From the NCBI GenBank assembly GCA_011523785.1, contig WTFW01000128.1:607-64606 (forward strand): a stretch of DNA of 64,000 nucleotides, in the 5' to 3' direction. The translations under genes were made by a program, and so were the position numbers. The DNA is from Chloroflexota bacterium (lineage in GTDB: Bacteria > Chloroflexota > UBA11872). Shown in pieces: positions 20,720 to 29,592 of the stretch. The notes under the pieces are model-generated. The model did not search any database, had not been told where the DNA came from, and saw nothing but the letters and a program-made list of their open reading frames with translations. Numbering within the stretch: the first letter of the stretch is position 1; every line of letters starts with the position of its first letter.

Positions 20720-21218
20720 TCCGGGGGCCGACGTCGTCGCGCGCGATGGCGATCACGCCGGTTCGGGAGATTTCCTCGATCGGGTACTCGGTAATCACAT
20801 CCAGGAATCGGTCGATCTTGGATTGAGCGCCGGTCATCTGCACGATCATGGAGGTCTTGCTGACGTCCACGATCTCGCCGCGAAAAATGTCGGTGATCTC
20901 GGCCAGGCCCGGCCGCTCGGCGGACGAGACGCGCACCTTGATCATGGCCAGTTCGCGACTGACCGCGGGAGCGCCGGTGAGGTTCCTGACGGAGACGACC
21001 TCGACCAGCTTATAGAGCTGCTTCTCGCACTGCTTGACTTCCTCCGCCGAGCCCTCGACGGCAATCGTCATGCGCGAATAGCCCGGCTCCTCGGAATGGC
21101 CAACGGCCAGGCTGGCGATGTTGAAGCCGCGGCGGCGAAAGAGGCTGGCCACCCGGGTCAGGACACCCGGATGGTCGGCCACGGTGGCGACCAGCGTGTG
21201 GGTTTCGGTCCCGTTCAT
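20700..21218 (-). CDS. ilvN: Acetolactate synthase small (regulatory) subunit
   Basis: ACT-domain protein of 172 aa. Its ATG overlaps the ilvB stop (ATGA). Confidence 0.9.
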   Translation of the reverse strand: MNGTETHTLVATVADHPGVLTRVASLFRRRGFNIASLAVGHSEEPGYSRMTIAVEGSAEEVKQCEKQLYKLVEVVSVRNLTGAPAVSRELAMIKVRVSSAERPGLAEITDIFRGEIVDVSKTSMIVQMTGAQSKIDRFLDVITEYPIEEISRTGVIAIARDDVGPRNGRARG

Positions 21219-22945
21219 CGCGGGTCCTCGATCACGCTGTTGACGCCGGTGCCCGGAACGATCATCGGGTAGACGTTCTCCACCCGGTCCACGTGCAGGT
21301 CCAGCACCACGGGTCCGTCGTATTCGTGGGCCATGGCGATGGCGTCGTGCATCTCATCGCGCGAGCTGGTGCCCACGCCGTGCAGGCCGAACGCCTGGGC
21401 GACCTTGGCGAAGTCGGGGTTGTCCAGGAAGGCGCCCATGTAGCGGCCTTCGTAGAAGAACTCCTGCCACTGGCGGATCATGCCCAGGTGCGCGTTGTTG
21501 AGAACGGCGACCTTGACGTTGATGCCTTCGGCGGCCAGCGTGTTGAACTCCTGGATGTTGATCAGCAGCCCGCCGTCGCCGGTGACGCACCAGACGTCCT
21601 GCGACTCGTCCGCCAGCTTGACGCCCATCGCGGCGGGCAGGGCGTAGCCCATCGGGCCCAGGCCGCCGGCGCTGAAGAACATGCGCGGGCGCTCGTACCA
21701 GAAGTGCTGCGATGCCCACATCTGGTTCTGGCCCACATCGGCGATCACGCGCGCTTCGCCGCCGGAGATGTCGTAGATGGCCCGCACGACTTCCTGCGGC
21801 AGCACGGAGTCGGGGCTGTCGGGAATCTTCAGCGAGGGGTGGTCGCGCCGCCAGCCGTTCATCTGGTCCAGCCAGGGCGTGCGGTCGCGCGATTCGATCA
21901 GGGGCAGCAGCTTCTGCAGGGTGAGTTTCAGGTCGCCGACGATCGGCACGTCGGTCTCCAGGACCTTGCCGATCTCGGCCGGGTCGATGTCGATGTGCAC
22001 GACCTTGGCGCCCGGCCCGAACTCGTCCTCCTTGCCCACGGCCCGGTCGTCGAAGCGGGTGCCGAGGCCGATGATGCAGTCGGTCTGGCGCATGGAGAAG
22101 TTCGCGTAGGCCAGGCCGTGCATGCCCAGCATCCCGAAGGAGAGGGGATGCGTTTCTGGGAACGTACCCACGCCGTGCAGGGTGCTGACCACCGGGATGC
22201 TGCCGCGGGTGGCGAGCTGCAACAGCTCCTCGGCGGCGCCGGAGATGTCAATGCCGTGGCCGGCCATGATGATCGGGCGCTCGGACGCGTTGATGACCTC
22301 GGCGGCCTTGCGGACCATGCGGGCGTTGCCGACCTTGGAGGGCCGGTAGCCGCGCAGGTTCACCTGGTCGGGCGCGGTCTCGGTGGTGGTTTCCAGGAAC
22401 ACGTCCTTGGGAATGTCCACGTGGACCGGGCCCGGACGACCGGTGGAGGCCAGGTGGAAGGCTTCCGACATCACGCGCGGCAGGTCGTCCACGTCCATCA
22501 CCAGGTAGCTGTGCTTGGTGATCGGAATGGAGATGCCGGTGACGTCGGCTTCCTGGAAGGCGTCGGAGCCGATGGCCGGACGGGCCACCTGGCCGGTGAT
22601 GTAGACCACGCCGACCGAGTCCATGATGTCGTTGGCCATGCAGGTGACCATGTTGGTGGCGCCCGGCCCGGAGGTGCTGGTGGCCACGCCGACCTTGCCG
22701 GTGGCCCGCGCGTAGCCGTTGGCGGCGAAGCCCGCCGCCTGCTCGTGCCGGATCAGGACGTGGCGGATGCGGTCCTGGTAGTGGTAGAGGGAGTCATAGA
22801 ACGGCAGCGAGGCGCCGCCCGGCATCCCGAAGATGACGTCGACGCCGGCAGCGAGCATGGCGTCGCACACCACCTCGCCGCCGGTACGCGGCGTGCCGGG
22901 TGCGGCGGTGGAACCGTTGGTGGATTGGCCGTTGGTCGCGGACAT
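21215..22945 (-). CDS. ilvB: Acetolactate synthase large subunit
   Basis: TPP-enzyme motifs (GMPGG, GDG...N). Start set at the internal ATG (MSATNGQ) with a GGAGA ribosome-binding site; the track ORF begins at a GTG 43 codons upstream. Confidence 0.9.
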   Translation of the reverse strand: MSATNGQSTNGSTAAPGTPRTGGEVVCDAMLAAGVDVIFGMPGGASLPFYDSLYHYQDRIRHVLIRHEQAAGFAANGYARATGKVGVATSTSGPGATNMVTCMANDIMDSVGVVYITGQVARPAIGSDAFQEADVTGISIPITKHSYLVMDVDDLPRVMSEAFHLASTGRPGPVHVDIPKDVFLETTTETAPDQVNLRGYRPSKVGNARMVRKAAEVINASERPIIMAGHGIDISGAAEELLQLATRGSIPVVSTLHGVGTFPETHPLSFGMLGMHGLAYANFSMRQTDCIIGLGTRFDDRAVGKEDEFGPGAKVVHIDIDPAEIGKVLETDVPIVGDLKLTLQKLLPLIESRDRTPWLDQMNGWRRDHPSLKIPDSPDSVLPQEVVRAIYDISGGEARVIADVGQNQMWASQHFWYERPRMFFSAGGLGPMGYALPAAMGVKLADESQDVWCVTGDGGLLINIQEFNTLAAEGINVKVAVLNNAHLGMIRQWQEFFYEGRYMGAFLDNPDFAKVAQAFGLHGVGTSSRDEMHDAIAMAHEYDGPVVLDLHVDRVENVYPMIVPGTGVNSVIEDPR

Positions 22946-23124
22946 GTCGAGGGTCTCCTGGAGAGTTGCGGAAAAAGGTGTCGTGGAGTCTGGCGGGGAA
23001 ACGCGGAGACGGCGGCTAGGCGGCGTCCCCGTTGGGTACCGCGACCGCGTAAACCTGAGCGCGCGCAATCTCACGCCTCTGCGTGCTGCGTCTCACCGCT
23101 CCGTGTCCTTCGCGTCGGCCGGCT

Positions 23125-23440
23125 TTCCGGCAACAAAAAACCCGTCCCTCACAGGGACGGGCTGTAACCCGCGGTACCACCCCGCTTGCCCGGCCGGCTG
23201 GCCGAACCGCTTCGTTACCCGATGACGGCGGGCACCGGACCGGCCTACCAGGCAAACCCTTCAACCGGTCGGCTCGGGGGCGACCTTCGGCCCGGAGAAC
23301 CCGCCGGCTCACACCATTTCCGGCTCGCTCGGGGTTCTCGGGAGGCCTACTCCTCCCCGTCAACGCCTTTGCGTTGTGTGCATTGTGCCTCGGGGTCGCG
23401 ACAGGCGTGACTGACCGGGCGCGCAATGCGCACGCGGCAA
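23125..23440 (-). promoter_or_regulatory. T-box riboswitch leader controlling ilvBNC-leuACDB-cimA
   Basis: The minus-strand RNA contains AGCGGGGUGGUACCGCGGG, matching the T-box consensus AGGGUGGNACCGCG, directly 5' of the terminator hairpin. An upstream long hairpin (GAGAACCC...GGGUUCUC) is a candidate Stem I. Specifier codon not resolved. Confidence 0.8.
23131..23162 (-). terminator. Intrinsic terminator of the T-box attenuator in the ilvB leader
   Basis: The minus-strand RNA reads CCCGUCCCugugaGGGACGGG followed by UUUUUU. On the plus strand this is aaaaaa + cccgtccctcacagggacggg. Confidence 0.85.
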
Positions 23441-23545
23441 CCGTAACAACGGACCACGGCTGCGGCAAGGGAATTCCGGGTTCGGGTATTCCTGTATGCC
23501 GAGGGCGATTGGCGCGTGGCTGCGGGCACCTGCGCATAATGCGGG

Positions 23546-24178
23546 ATGCGCGACCGGACCGATCAATCCGCGGCCGACGGGCGGTATGTCGTCTTTGACC
23601 TGGAGACGCTGTACCTGAGCCATGAGGTGCGGGGCGGCTGGCGGAATATCAGGGACTTTGGGCTGGCCGTGGGGGTCACCATCGACGAGCACGGCCGGCA
23701 GCACGTCTGGCAGGAGCCGGACGCGCAGGATCTGATCGACTACCTGGCGGCGCATCCGCGCGTGGTCGGGTTTAACTCGCGGCGCTTTGATCTCACGGTG
23801 TTGTCGGCCTACGGCGACGTGTCGGTGCTGCGCGAGCGGTCATTCGACGTGCTGCTGGAATTGCAGTCGGTGACGGGCCGGCGCAAGGGCATGCGGTTGC
23901 AGGACATCGCCGGCGCCATGTTCGGCGAAGCCAAGTCGCTCAGCGACGGCACCGAAGCGGTCCACTTGTGGCGAACCGGGCGGCACGAGGACCGCCGTCG
24001 CGTGATCGACTACTGCGCGCAGGATGTGCAACTGACCAAGCGCATCCTGGAGTTCGGCGTGGACAACGGCTATGTGCTGGTGCCGGTGCCGAACCTGCGC
24101 CGGGGTCGTTCACAGGTGCCCGCCGAGGTGCCGGTGGCATGGGGCCGGGACGACGCGTTTACGCGCGGCCCTCGCTAG
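23546..24178 (+). CDS. DnaQ/PolB-like 3'-5' exonuclease (RNase H-like fold, YprB-type)
   Basis: Exo I VVFDLETL, Exo II VGFNSRRFDLTVL and Exo III YCAQDV motifs. Confidence 0.7.
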   Translation: MRDRTDQSAADGRYVVFDLETLYLSHEVRGGWRNIRDFGLAVGVTIDEHGRQHVWQEPDAQDLIDYLAAHPRVVGFNSRRFDLTVLSAYGDVSVLRERSFDVLLELQSVTGRRKGMRLQDIAGAMFGEAKSLSDGTEAVHLWRTGRHEDRRRVIDYCAQDVQLTKRILEFGVDNGYVLVPVPNLRRGRSQVPAEVPVAWGRDDAFTRGPR

Positions 24179-24222
24179 CCTCCCGACCAACCTCCAAGCC
24201 TCGAGCTGCGGGCGTCAGGCCC

Positions 24223-24684
24223 CTACATGAACTCGAGAATGGCCTCGATTTCGACCGGCATGCCGCCGGGGAGTTGCGCCATGCCGACGGCCGAGCGGGC
24301 GTGGCGGCCGTTTTCGCCCCAGAGCTCCACGAACAGCTCCGAGTAGCCGTTGATCACGGCCGGCTGGTCGGTGTAGTCGTCGGTGCAGTTCACCATGCCC
24401 AGGACCTTCACCACTTGTAGCACGCGGTCCAGGTCGCCCAGCGCGTCCTTGAGCGCGCCGAGATGGGCCACGGCGATGGAGCGGGCGAACTCGGCGGCCT
24501 GGGCCGTGTCGTAGTCGCGCCCGACCTTGCCGACCGGCGTGGCGCCGGTGGCGTCGACGGGACCGGCGCCCGAGAGGTAGACCAGGTTGCCGCTGATGTT
24601 CCAGGGCTTGAGCGGAGCGGTGGGCGGAATGGTTGGGGACGGCAGCTCGATGCCGAGGTCCGCCAGCTTGCCTTCGATTTTCAT
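24223..24684 (-). CDS. RidA/YjgF family reactive-intermediate deaminase
   Basis: 153 aa with a YjgF/chorismate-mutase-like fold signature (NISGNLVYLSGAG...VEIEAI). Confidence 0.8.
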   Translation of the reverse strand: MKIEGKLADLGIELPSPTIPPTAPLKPWNISGNLVYLSGAGPVDATGATPVGKVGRDYDTAQAAEFARSIAVAHLGALKDALGDLDRVLQVVKVLGMVNCTDDYTDQPAVINGYSELFVELWGENGRHARSAVGMAQLPGGMPVEIEAILEFM

Positions 24685-24706
24685 GCGTCGGGAATCCCTT
24701 TCAGGC

Positions 24707-26032
24707 TTAGTCGCCGAACAAGCCTTCGGCGGCCACGGCGCCGATGGCGGTGTCGAAGGCCGCCACGGTCTGCTCGATGTCGGCTTGGGTGTGGGTGGCG
24801 CTGGTGAATCCGCCGCCGGAGATGAGGTGCACGCCTTCGTTGATCAGCGCCTGGCCCAGCGCGTCGCCAGCGGCTCCACCGACGCCGCTCTTGGCCGGCT
24901 GGCCGCTGAGGCTGATGTGGAAGTACGAGGTCTCGCCGTAGACCAGGGCGCCGACGTCGTGGCGGTCGAAGGCCTCCTGCAGGCCCTGGCGCAACTGCTC
25001 GGCCAGGGCGTCGATGTGCGCATGTACGTGGCCGTCGGCCAGAAAGTCCAGCACGGCGGCGCCGGCCGCGGCGGAGACGGGGTTGGCGTTGTAGGTGCCG
25101 GGGTGGGCGATGCGCTGGCCGCGGTCCCAGGCGGGGTCGCCGCGCTTCTCCAGGCGGTCCATGATCTCGGTACGGCCGCCCACGGCCGCGCCCGGCAGGC
25201 CGCCGGCGACGATCTTGGCCATGGTGGTCAGGTCCGGGGTTACGCCGGCCATTACCTGGAAGCCGCCGGGCGACATGCGGAAGCCGGTTACGACTTCGTC
25301 CAGGATCAACACCGCGTCGTGCTCGGTCGTCAGGTCTCGCAGGCCGTGAATGAACGGCGGGTCGATGGGCAAGGCGCCCCAACTGGCACCGCTGGGCTCC
25401 ACAATCACCGCGGCCACGTCGCCCTTCGTCAGTTCCTCGCGCACGCACTCCAGGTCCGTTGGCAGCGCGGTGATCGTCCCCTGCGTCGCCGCTGGAACGC
25501 CGGCGGAGGTCGGGATGTCGTAGGGATCTTCGACACCCACCGTCGCGTAGTCGTGCCAGCCGTGAAAGTGGCCCTGGAACTTGAGGATCCGGTCGCGGCC
25601 GGTGTGGGCGCGGGCGAGGCGCATGGCCATGTGGGTGGCTTCGGTGCCGGAGGAATGGAAGCGGACGCGCTCGATGCTGGGCACGAGGCGCTTGATCTGC
25701 TCGGCCCAGCGAATCTCGAGCTCGTGGCCGGCCCCGTAATGGGTGCCAATCTCCAACTGCTCGCGCGCGGCGTCCACGGCCACCGGGTGCCCGTGCCCCA
25801 GGATCAACGCGCCGTGGCCCATGGTGTAGTCCACGTACTCGTTGCCGTCCACGTCCCACTTGCGCGCCCCTTTGGCGCGGGCGGTCATGATGGGGAATGG
25901 CGCCTGGATGCGGGTGTCGTGCGCCACGCCGCCGGCCAGCGCCTCGCACGCCCGCGTGCGTAGCGCCGCCGATCCGGGATGCTGGGAAGCGAACGACCGC
26001 TCGATCGCGCCGTTGGCGGAGTCGGCGCCCAT
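24707..26032 (-). CDS. Class-III aminotransferase, glutamate-1-semialdehyde 2,1-aminomutase (HemL)-like
   Basis: Aligns along its length with HemL (YVDYTMGHGALILGHGHP, SGTEATHMAMRLARAHTGRDRILKF, GTYNANP). The HemL GVNSPVRAF motif is replaced by GVAHDTRIQAPF. Co-transcribed with ridA. Confidence 0.8.
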   Translation of the reverse strand: MGADSANGAIERSFASQHPGSAALRTRACEALAGGVAHDTRIQAPFPIMTARAKGARKWDVDGNEYVDYTMGHGALILGHGHPVAVDAAREQLEIGTHYGAGHELEIRWAEQIKRLVPSIERVRFHSSGTEATHMAMRLARAHTGRDRILKFQGHFHGWHDYATVGVEDPYDIPTSAGVPAATQGTITALPTDLECVREELTKGDVAAVIVEPSGASWGALPIDPPFIHGLRDLTTEHDAVLILDEVVTGFRMSPGGFQVMAGVTPDLTTMAKIVAGGLPGAAVGGRTEIMDRLEKRGDPAWDRGQRIAHPGTYNANPVSAAAGAAVLDFLADGHVHAHIDALAEQLRQGLQEAFDRHDVGALVYGETSYFHISLSGQPAKSGVGGAAGDALGQALINEGVHLISGGGFTSATHTQADIEQTVAAFDTAIGAVAAEGLFGD

Positions 26033-26301
26033 AGAGAACCTCCAGGTAGAAACGGCGGAACCCGCGGTGGCGGGCGCTCAGGCCGGGTAACAGGGTGAGT
26101 GTGCCAGTCCGCCGTGTCAACGCGCATGACGAACCAAGGACGGGCTGCAAGGATCGGGGGTGAATTCAATCCGGTCCGGATGCCGTCGCACTTCGCTGCT
26201 CCATACAGTGATACCGTGACTACGGCTGGCTCGAACCGACTTCGACGTGGCAACGAGAAGGGAAAGCCCCCACGGACAAGGACATTGGCTTCAAATTCGA
26301 C

Positions 26302-26589
26302 GTGCCCATCCAGGTTCGGCCTGACGAGGTGGGCTACGTTGCGGGTTGCCCGTCACTCGATGTCTTCAGCCAGGGCAGGACGGAGCAACAAGCCGTTGAG
26401 AATCTCAACGAAGCACTGCACCTGTTTGTGCTGTCCTGCTTCGAGCGCGGCACGTTGGTCCAGGTCCTGAAGGACTCCGGGTTCGAACCGGTCCGAGGTG
26501 AAACGGCGCCGCCTGAGAGTTCGCTCCGGGTTGAATTCCCCTTGAGGCAGAAGGGTGTCGCGGAGGCTTACACCGCTCAATTGGCGTGA
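26302..26589 (+). CDS. hicB: HicB-family antitoxin
   Basis: (K)FDVPIQVRPDEVGYVAGCPSLDVFSQGRTEQQAVENLNEAL matches the HicB N-terminal (RNase H-like) domain. GTG start; no C-terminal DNA-binding domain evident. Confidence 0.6.
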   Translation: MPIQVRPDEVGYVAGCPSLDVFSQGRTEQQAVENLNEALHLFVLSCFERGTLVQVLKDSGFEPVRGETAPPESSLRVEFPLRQKGVAEAYTAQLA

Positions 26590-26815
26590 GCTTGTCAGGG
26601 TTTTCGAGGCGGACGGATTCCAGGAGGAGCGAAGACGCGGGTCGCACATCGTCCTGACGAAGCGCGGCGTGGCCCGACCTATTGTGATCCCGCAGTACAG
26701 AGCAGTCGGCCTCGACATCATCAGGAGCAACATGAGAACAGCCGGAATGTCCCGACGGAGGTTCTTCGAGCTTCTTGACAGTCCGCCAGCTTTCCGACCG
26801 GGAAACCGGCCATAG
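26555..26815 (+). CDS. hicA: HicA-family mRNA interferase toxin
   Basis: LTPLNWRELVRVFEADGFQEERRRGSHIVLTK...VIP matches the HicA pattern, including the catalytic GSH. Overlaps hicB by about 35 nt. Confidence 0.75.
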   Translation: MSRRLTPLNWRELVRVFEADGFQEERRRGSHIVLTKRGVARPIVIPQYRAVGLDIIRSNMRTAGMSRRRFFELLDSPPAFRPGNRP

Positions 26816-27839
26816 GGCAAGAAGCCTTACCCTTAGCCCCGTGCTTTTCGTCTTCCTGGGCGGCCGCGACCCGAGGTTGCGCAACGCCGTAGAGGCGGTG
26901 CTGGGCCATCCGGCTGCGGATGACCTGGCCTATACGCGCCTGGACGGCGCGCGGGCGGGGCCGGACGAACTCAACGCCGCGTGTGGCGCCGTTTCCATGT
27001 TCGGCGAGCGGCGCAAGGTGTTCCTGGACGGCGCCCCCGCCAGCGGACCGCCGGCTCGCAAGCTCATCCAGTGGCTGGCCGCGTTCAGCGACGCCCGGAA
27101 GAAAGACCCCGCCACCGACGCGTGCGACCTGGCCGTTTCGGTTTACCTTGATCTGGGCGACCGGCGCACGGCCGCTCGGGTGAAGGCGTTCAACGCTCTT
27201 ACCCAGCACGGCGCGCGGGTTCAGCAGTTCGGTCCGCTGCGGGACGCCGAAGCGGTGCGATTCGTGCGCGCCGAGGCACGGCGTGCGGGCGTGAGCATCT
27301 CCGAGGAAGCCGCGGTCCGCCTGGTCGAACTCATGACGGCGGATGCCGGCCTGCTCGCAAGCGAGATCGAGAAGCTGGCGGCCTACGTGGGCTTCAACGG
27401 CGAAATCAGCGAACGTGACGTCAACAACGCCTGCGCCACGATCGGCGAGCACGCGCGCTGGGACTACGTGAACGCGCTGGCCGACCGGCGCGGCTCGGAC
27501 GCGCTGGCCGTGCTTCACGACATGCTGGCCCTGCGCACACCCCACGAGATGATCCTGGCCGACGTCACCCGCTCGCTGCGCCAGCTGGCCGCCGCGCGGC
27601 AGGCGGTCGTGGAAGGCGGCGATTACCAGGCGGTGGCGCGAGCCGCCGGCGCACCGCCGAGCCGGGGTCGGTACCTCGCGCAGCAGGCCCGCCGCATGTC
27701 CGACCGGCTGATCGCCCGCATGTACGCCGAAGTCGTGCGCACTGACGGCGCCCTCAAGTCAACCGGGGGCGACAAGGATGCGCTGCTGGAGATCCTGACC
27801 GCACGGCTGGCCACGCGGCCGGCCGACGCGCGCGCTTAA
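26775..27839 (+). CDS. holA: DNA polymerase III delta subunit
   Basis: Typical HolA architecture (VFLDGAPAS..., C-terminal helical domain). The start is uncertain: TTG at 26775 or GTG at 26841. The latter avoids overlap with hicA. Confidence 0.8.
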   Translation: MTVRQLSDRETGHRARSLTLSPVLFVFLGGRDPRLRNAVEAVLGHPAADDLAYTRLDGARAGPDELNAACGAVSMFGERRKVFLDGAPASGPPARKLIQWLAAFSDARKKDPATDACDLAVSVYLDLGDRRTAARVKAFNALTQHGARVQQFGPLRDAEAVRFVRAEARRAGVSISEEAAVRLVELMTADAGLLASEIEKLAAYVGFNGEISERDVNNACATIGEHARWDYVNALADRRGSDALAVLHDMLALRTPHEMILADVTRSLRQLAAARQAVVEGGDYQAVARAAGAPPSRGRYLAQQARRMSDRLIARMYAEVVRTDGALKSTGGDKDALLEILTARLATRPADARA

Positions 27840-28123
27840 GCGGCGTTCGCCGCCCGCAGTTGCCGGACCAGGCGGGCAACGCTGCGCGCCGCCTTGCGGC
27901 GGTGGATAACGCCCTTGCGCGCGGCGCTATCCAGGCGGCTCTGCGCGTCGCGGATCGCCGCTTCGGCTGCGTCCGTATCGCCGGCCTCGATCGCCTCGCG
28001 GGCGCGCCTGACAAACGTTCGCACCGTCGAGCGGGCGCTTACGTTGCGAGCGCGCAGAAGTCGCTGCCGGCGCACTTCCTTGGCTCGACGTTGCTGACGG
28101 ACGATTTCTTTAGGTGAAGGCAC
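27836..28123 (-). CDS. rpsT: 30S ribosomal protein S20
   Basis: RSTVRTFVRRAREAIEAGDTDAAEAAIRDAQSRLDSAARKGVIHRRKAARSV matches S20. Convergent with holA, a conserved neighbourhood. Confidence 0.85.
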   Translation of the reverse strand: MPSPKEIVRQQRRAKEVRRQRLLRARNVSARSTVRTFVRRAREAIEAGDTDAAEAAIRDAQSRLDSAARKGVIHRRKAARSVARLVRQLRAANAA

Positions 28124-28545
28124 GGTTCAACGGGATTCCGGTCACGGGTAGAAGCTGAGCATAGCACCGCATGCTCGCCACGGCCGACGTTCGTGCAGAT
28201 CAGCATCGAGGCCACCGACAGGTGGTTCACGCCCCGATCCGCGCCGATGGTGATCGTCGACGACTCACCCGGCATGATGGGCGGATGCTCACCGGCACCA
28301 AACGCCACCGCCACGTGCGAGGCGTCAGGGTTGACATGCCACCACTGCACGAGACCGGGCAATCACCAGCGCAACGATGCGCCGACTCCTCGTCACCGCG
28401 GAACTCCTTTGTCCCATGGATCACTCCGTCCGTTCCGGAGTCATTTCGACCGTATGCCCGCTCCCCGGACGAATTGGCGCCAAGCTTCGCCTCACGGGCT
28501 CTCCAATTGAACGTTTGATGAGAGTTCCGTCGCGAGTCGTCTGAC

Positions 28546-29592
28546 GTGCCCGAAATCGCCCTTGCCGGGGACTTCGAATCCGGCGTCGACGCCGTCTTCG
28601 CCGCCGCCGTCGGTCGGCATGTCGTCGACGCGCCCAAGGGACGGCTGAGCGTTCAGACCGGCGCCATGCCCCTCCGCGATCCGCGGCTTCCGCCGCTCCG
28701 GTCCGTCTTCAACGCGGCCCAGACCATCCCGGTGTCGTTCACCCTCTGGCACGCACCCGGCCAGGCGCTGGCAGCCGGCGAGCCACCCAACGCCGAATGG
28801 ATCGGGCGTCTGCGAACCGCTGACGCGCTCCTGCTGGTCGTCTCGGGTCAGGGTGGCCTCGAATCCGCGGCCCACCGTGCCGCCACGCTCCGCACCGAAC
28901 TGGCCGTGCTGGACCTGGCGATCCTCGAACCCGCGCAGCAGCGTCTCGAAGAGCGTCTGACCAGCGGCCCACGGGTCGACCGCCGCGAGGCCGGCGAGCA
29001 GCTGGCCGTCGTCACCCGCGCACGCGAGGCCCTGGAAGCGGAACGCCCGCTCCTCGAGGGGCTTTCGGCGCGCGAAGCCGCCAGCCTGCGCGGCTTCGGG
29101 CTGCTCGGCGCCAAACCCTGCGCCGTGGCCTGCAACGCCCCCGACGACGAAGCCGCCGCCATTGACGCACAGCGTGCCGCCGCGCACCACGACGACTGGT
29201 GCGTGATCGGCGCCGCCACCGAAGCTGAACTTGACGACCTCTCCGAGCACGACGCCGCCGAATTCAGGGCTGATCTGGGTCTGCCAGGTCTGGCTTCGCA
29301 GCGGCTGGGCCAGGCGCTCTGCCGCGCCCTCGACTACATCACCTTCTACACCGGCAACTCGCGGTCGGTGAACGCGTGGCTGTTGCCGCGCGGCGCAACC
29401 GCCCTGGATGCCGCCGCCACCATTCACACCGACCTGGCCGCGGGCTTCATTCGAGCCGATGCGGCCGGCGCCGACGACCTCATCGCGGCCGGCTCGATGG
29501 CCGCCTTGCGCGACCTTGGCCAGCTCCGCCGCGTCGGTCGCGACTACCTGGTCTCAGACGCCGAGGTCATCCAGGTCCATTTCAGCCGCTGA
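28546..29592 (+). CDS. YchF/Ola1 (Obg-like ATPase) homologue with degenerate nucleotide-binding motifs
   Basis: The C-terminal TGS domain aligns closely with YchF (YITFYTGNSRSVNAWLLPRGATALDAAATIHTDLAAGFIRAD...RVGRDYLVSDAEVIQVHF). The N-terminal P-loop reads GDFESGVDA instead of GLPNVGKST, and the G3/G4 motifs are not recognisable. Confidence 0.7.
   Translation: MPEIALAGDFESGVDAVFAAAVGRHVVDAPKGRLSVQTGAMPLRDPRLPPLRSVFNAAQTIPVSFTLWHAPGQALAAGEPPNAEWIGRLRTADALLLVVSGQGGLESAAHRAATLRTELAVLDLAILEPAQQRLEERLTSGPRVDRREAGEQLAVVTRAREALEAERPLLEGLSAREAASLRGFGLLGAKPCAVACNAPDDEAAAIDAQRAAAHHDDWCVIGAATEAELDDLSEHDAAEFRADLGLPGLASQRLGQALCRALDYITFYTGNSRSVNAWLLPRGATALDAAATIHTDLAAGFIRADAAGADDLIAAGSMAALRDLGQLRRVGRDYLVSDAEVIQVHFSR

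Noticed and set aside
28039-28545. Roughly 420-nt apparently non-coding stretch between rpsT and the ychF-like gene, containing track ORFs 28039..28362(-) and 28193..28510(+).
   Set aside because: No recognisable domain. The minus ORF overlaps rpsT in another frame, and the translations look like GC-driven noise. It could be a decayed gene remnant, but I cannot support a call.
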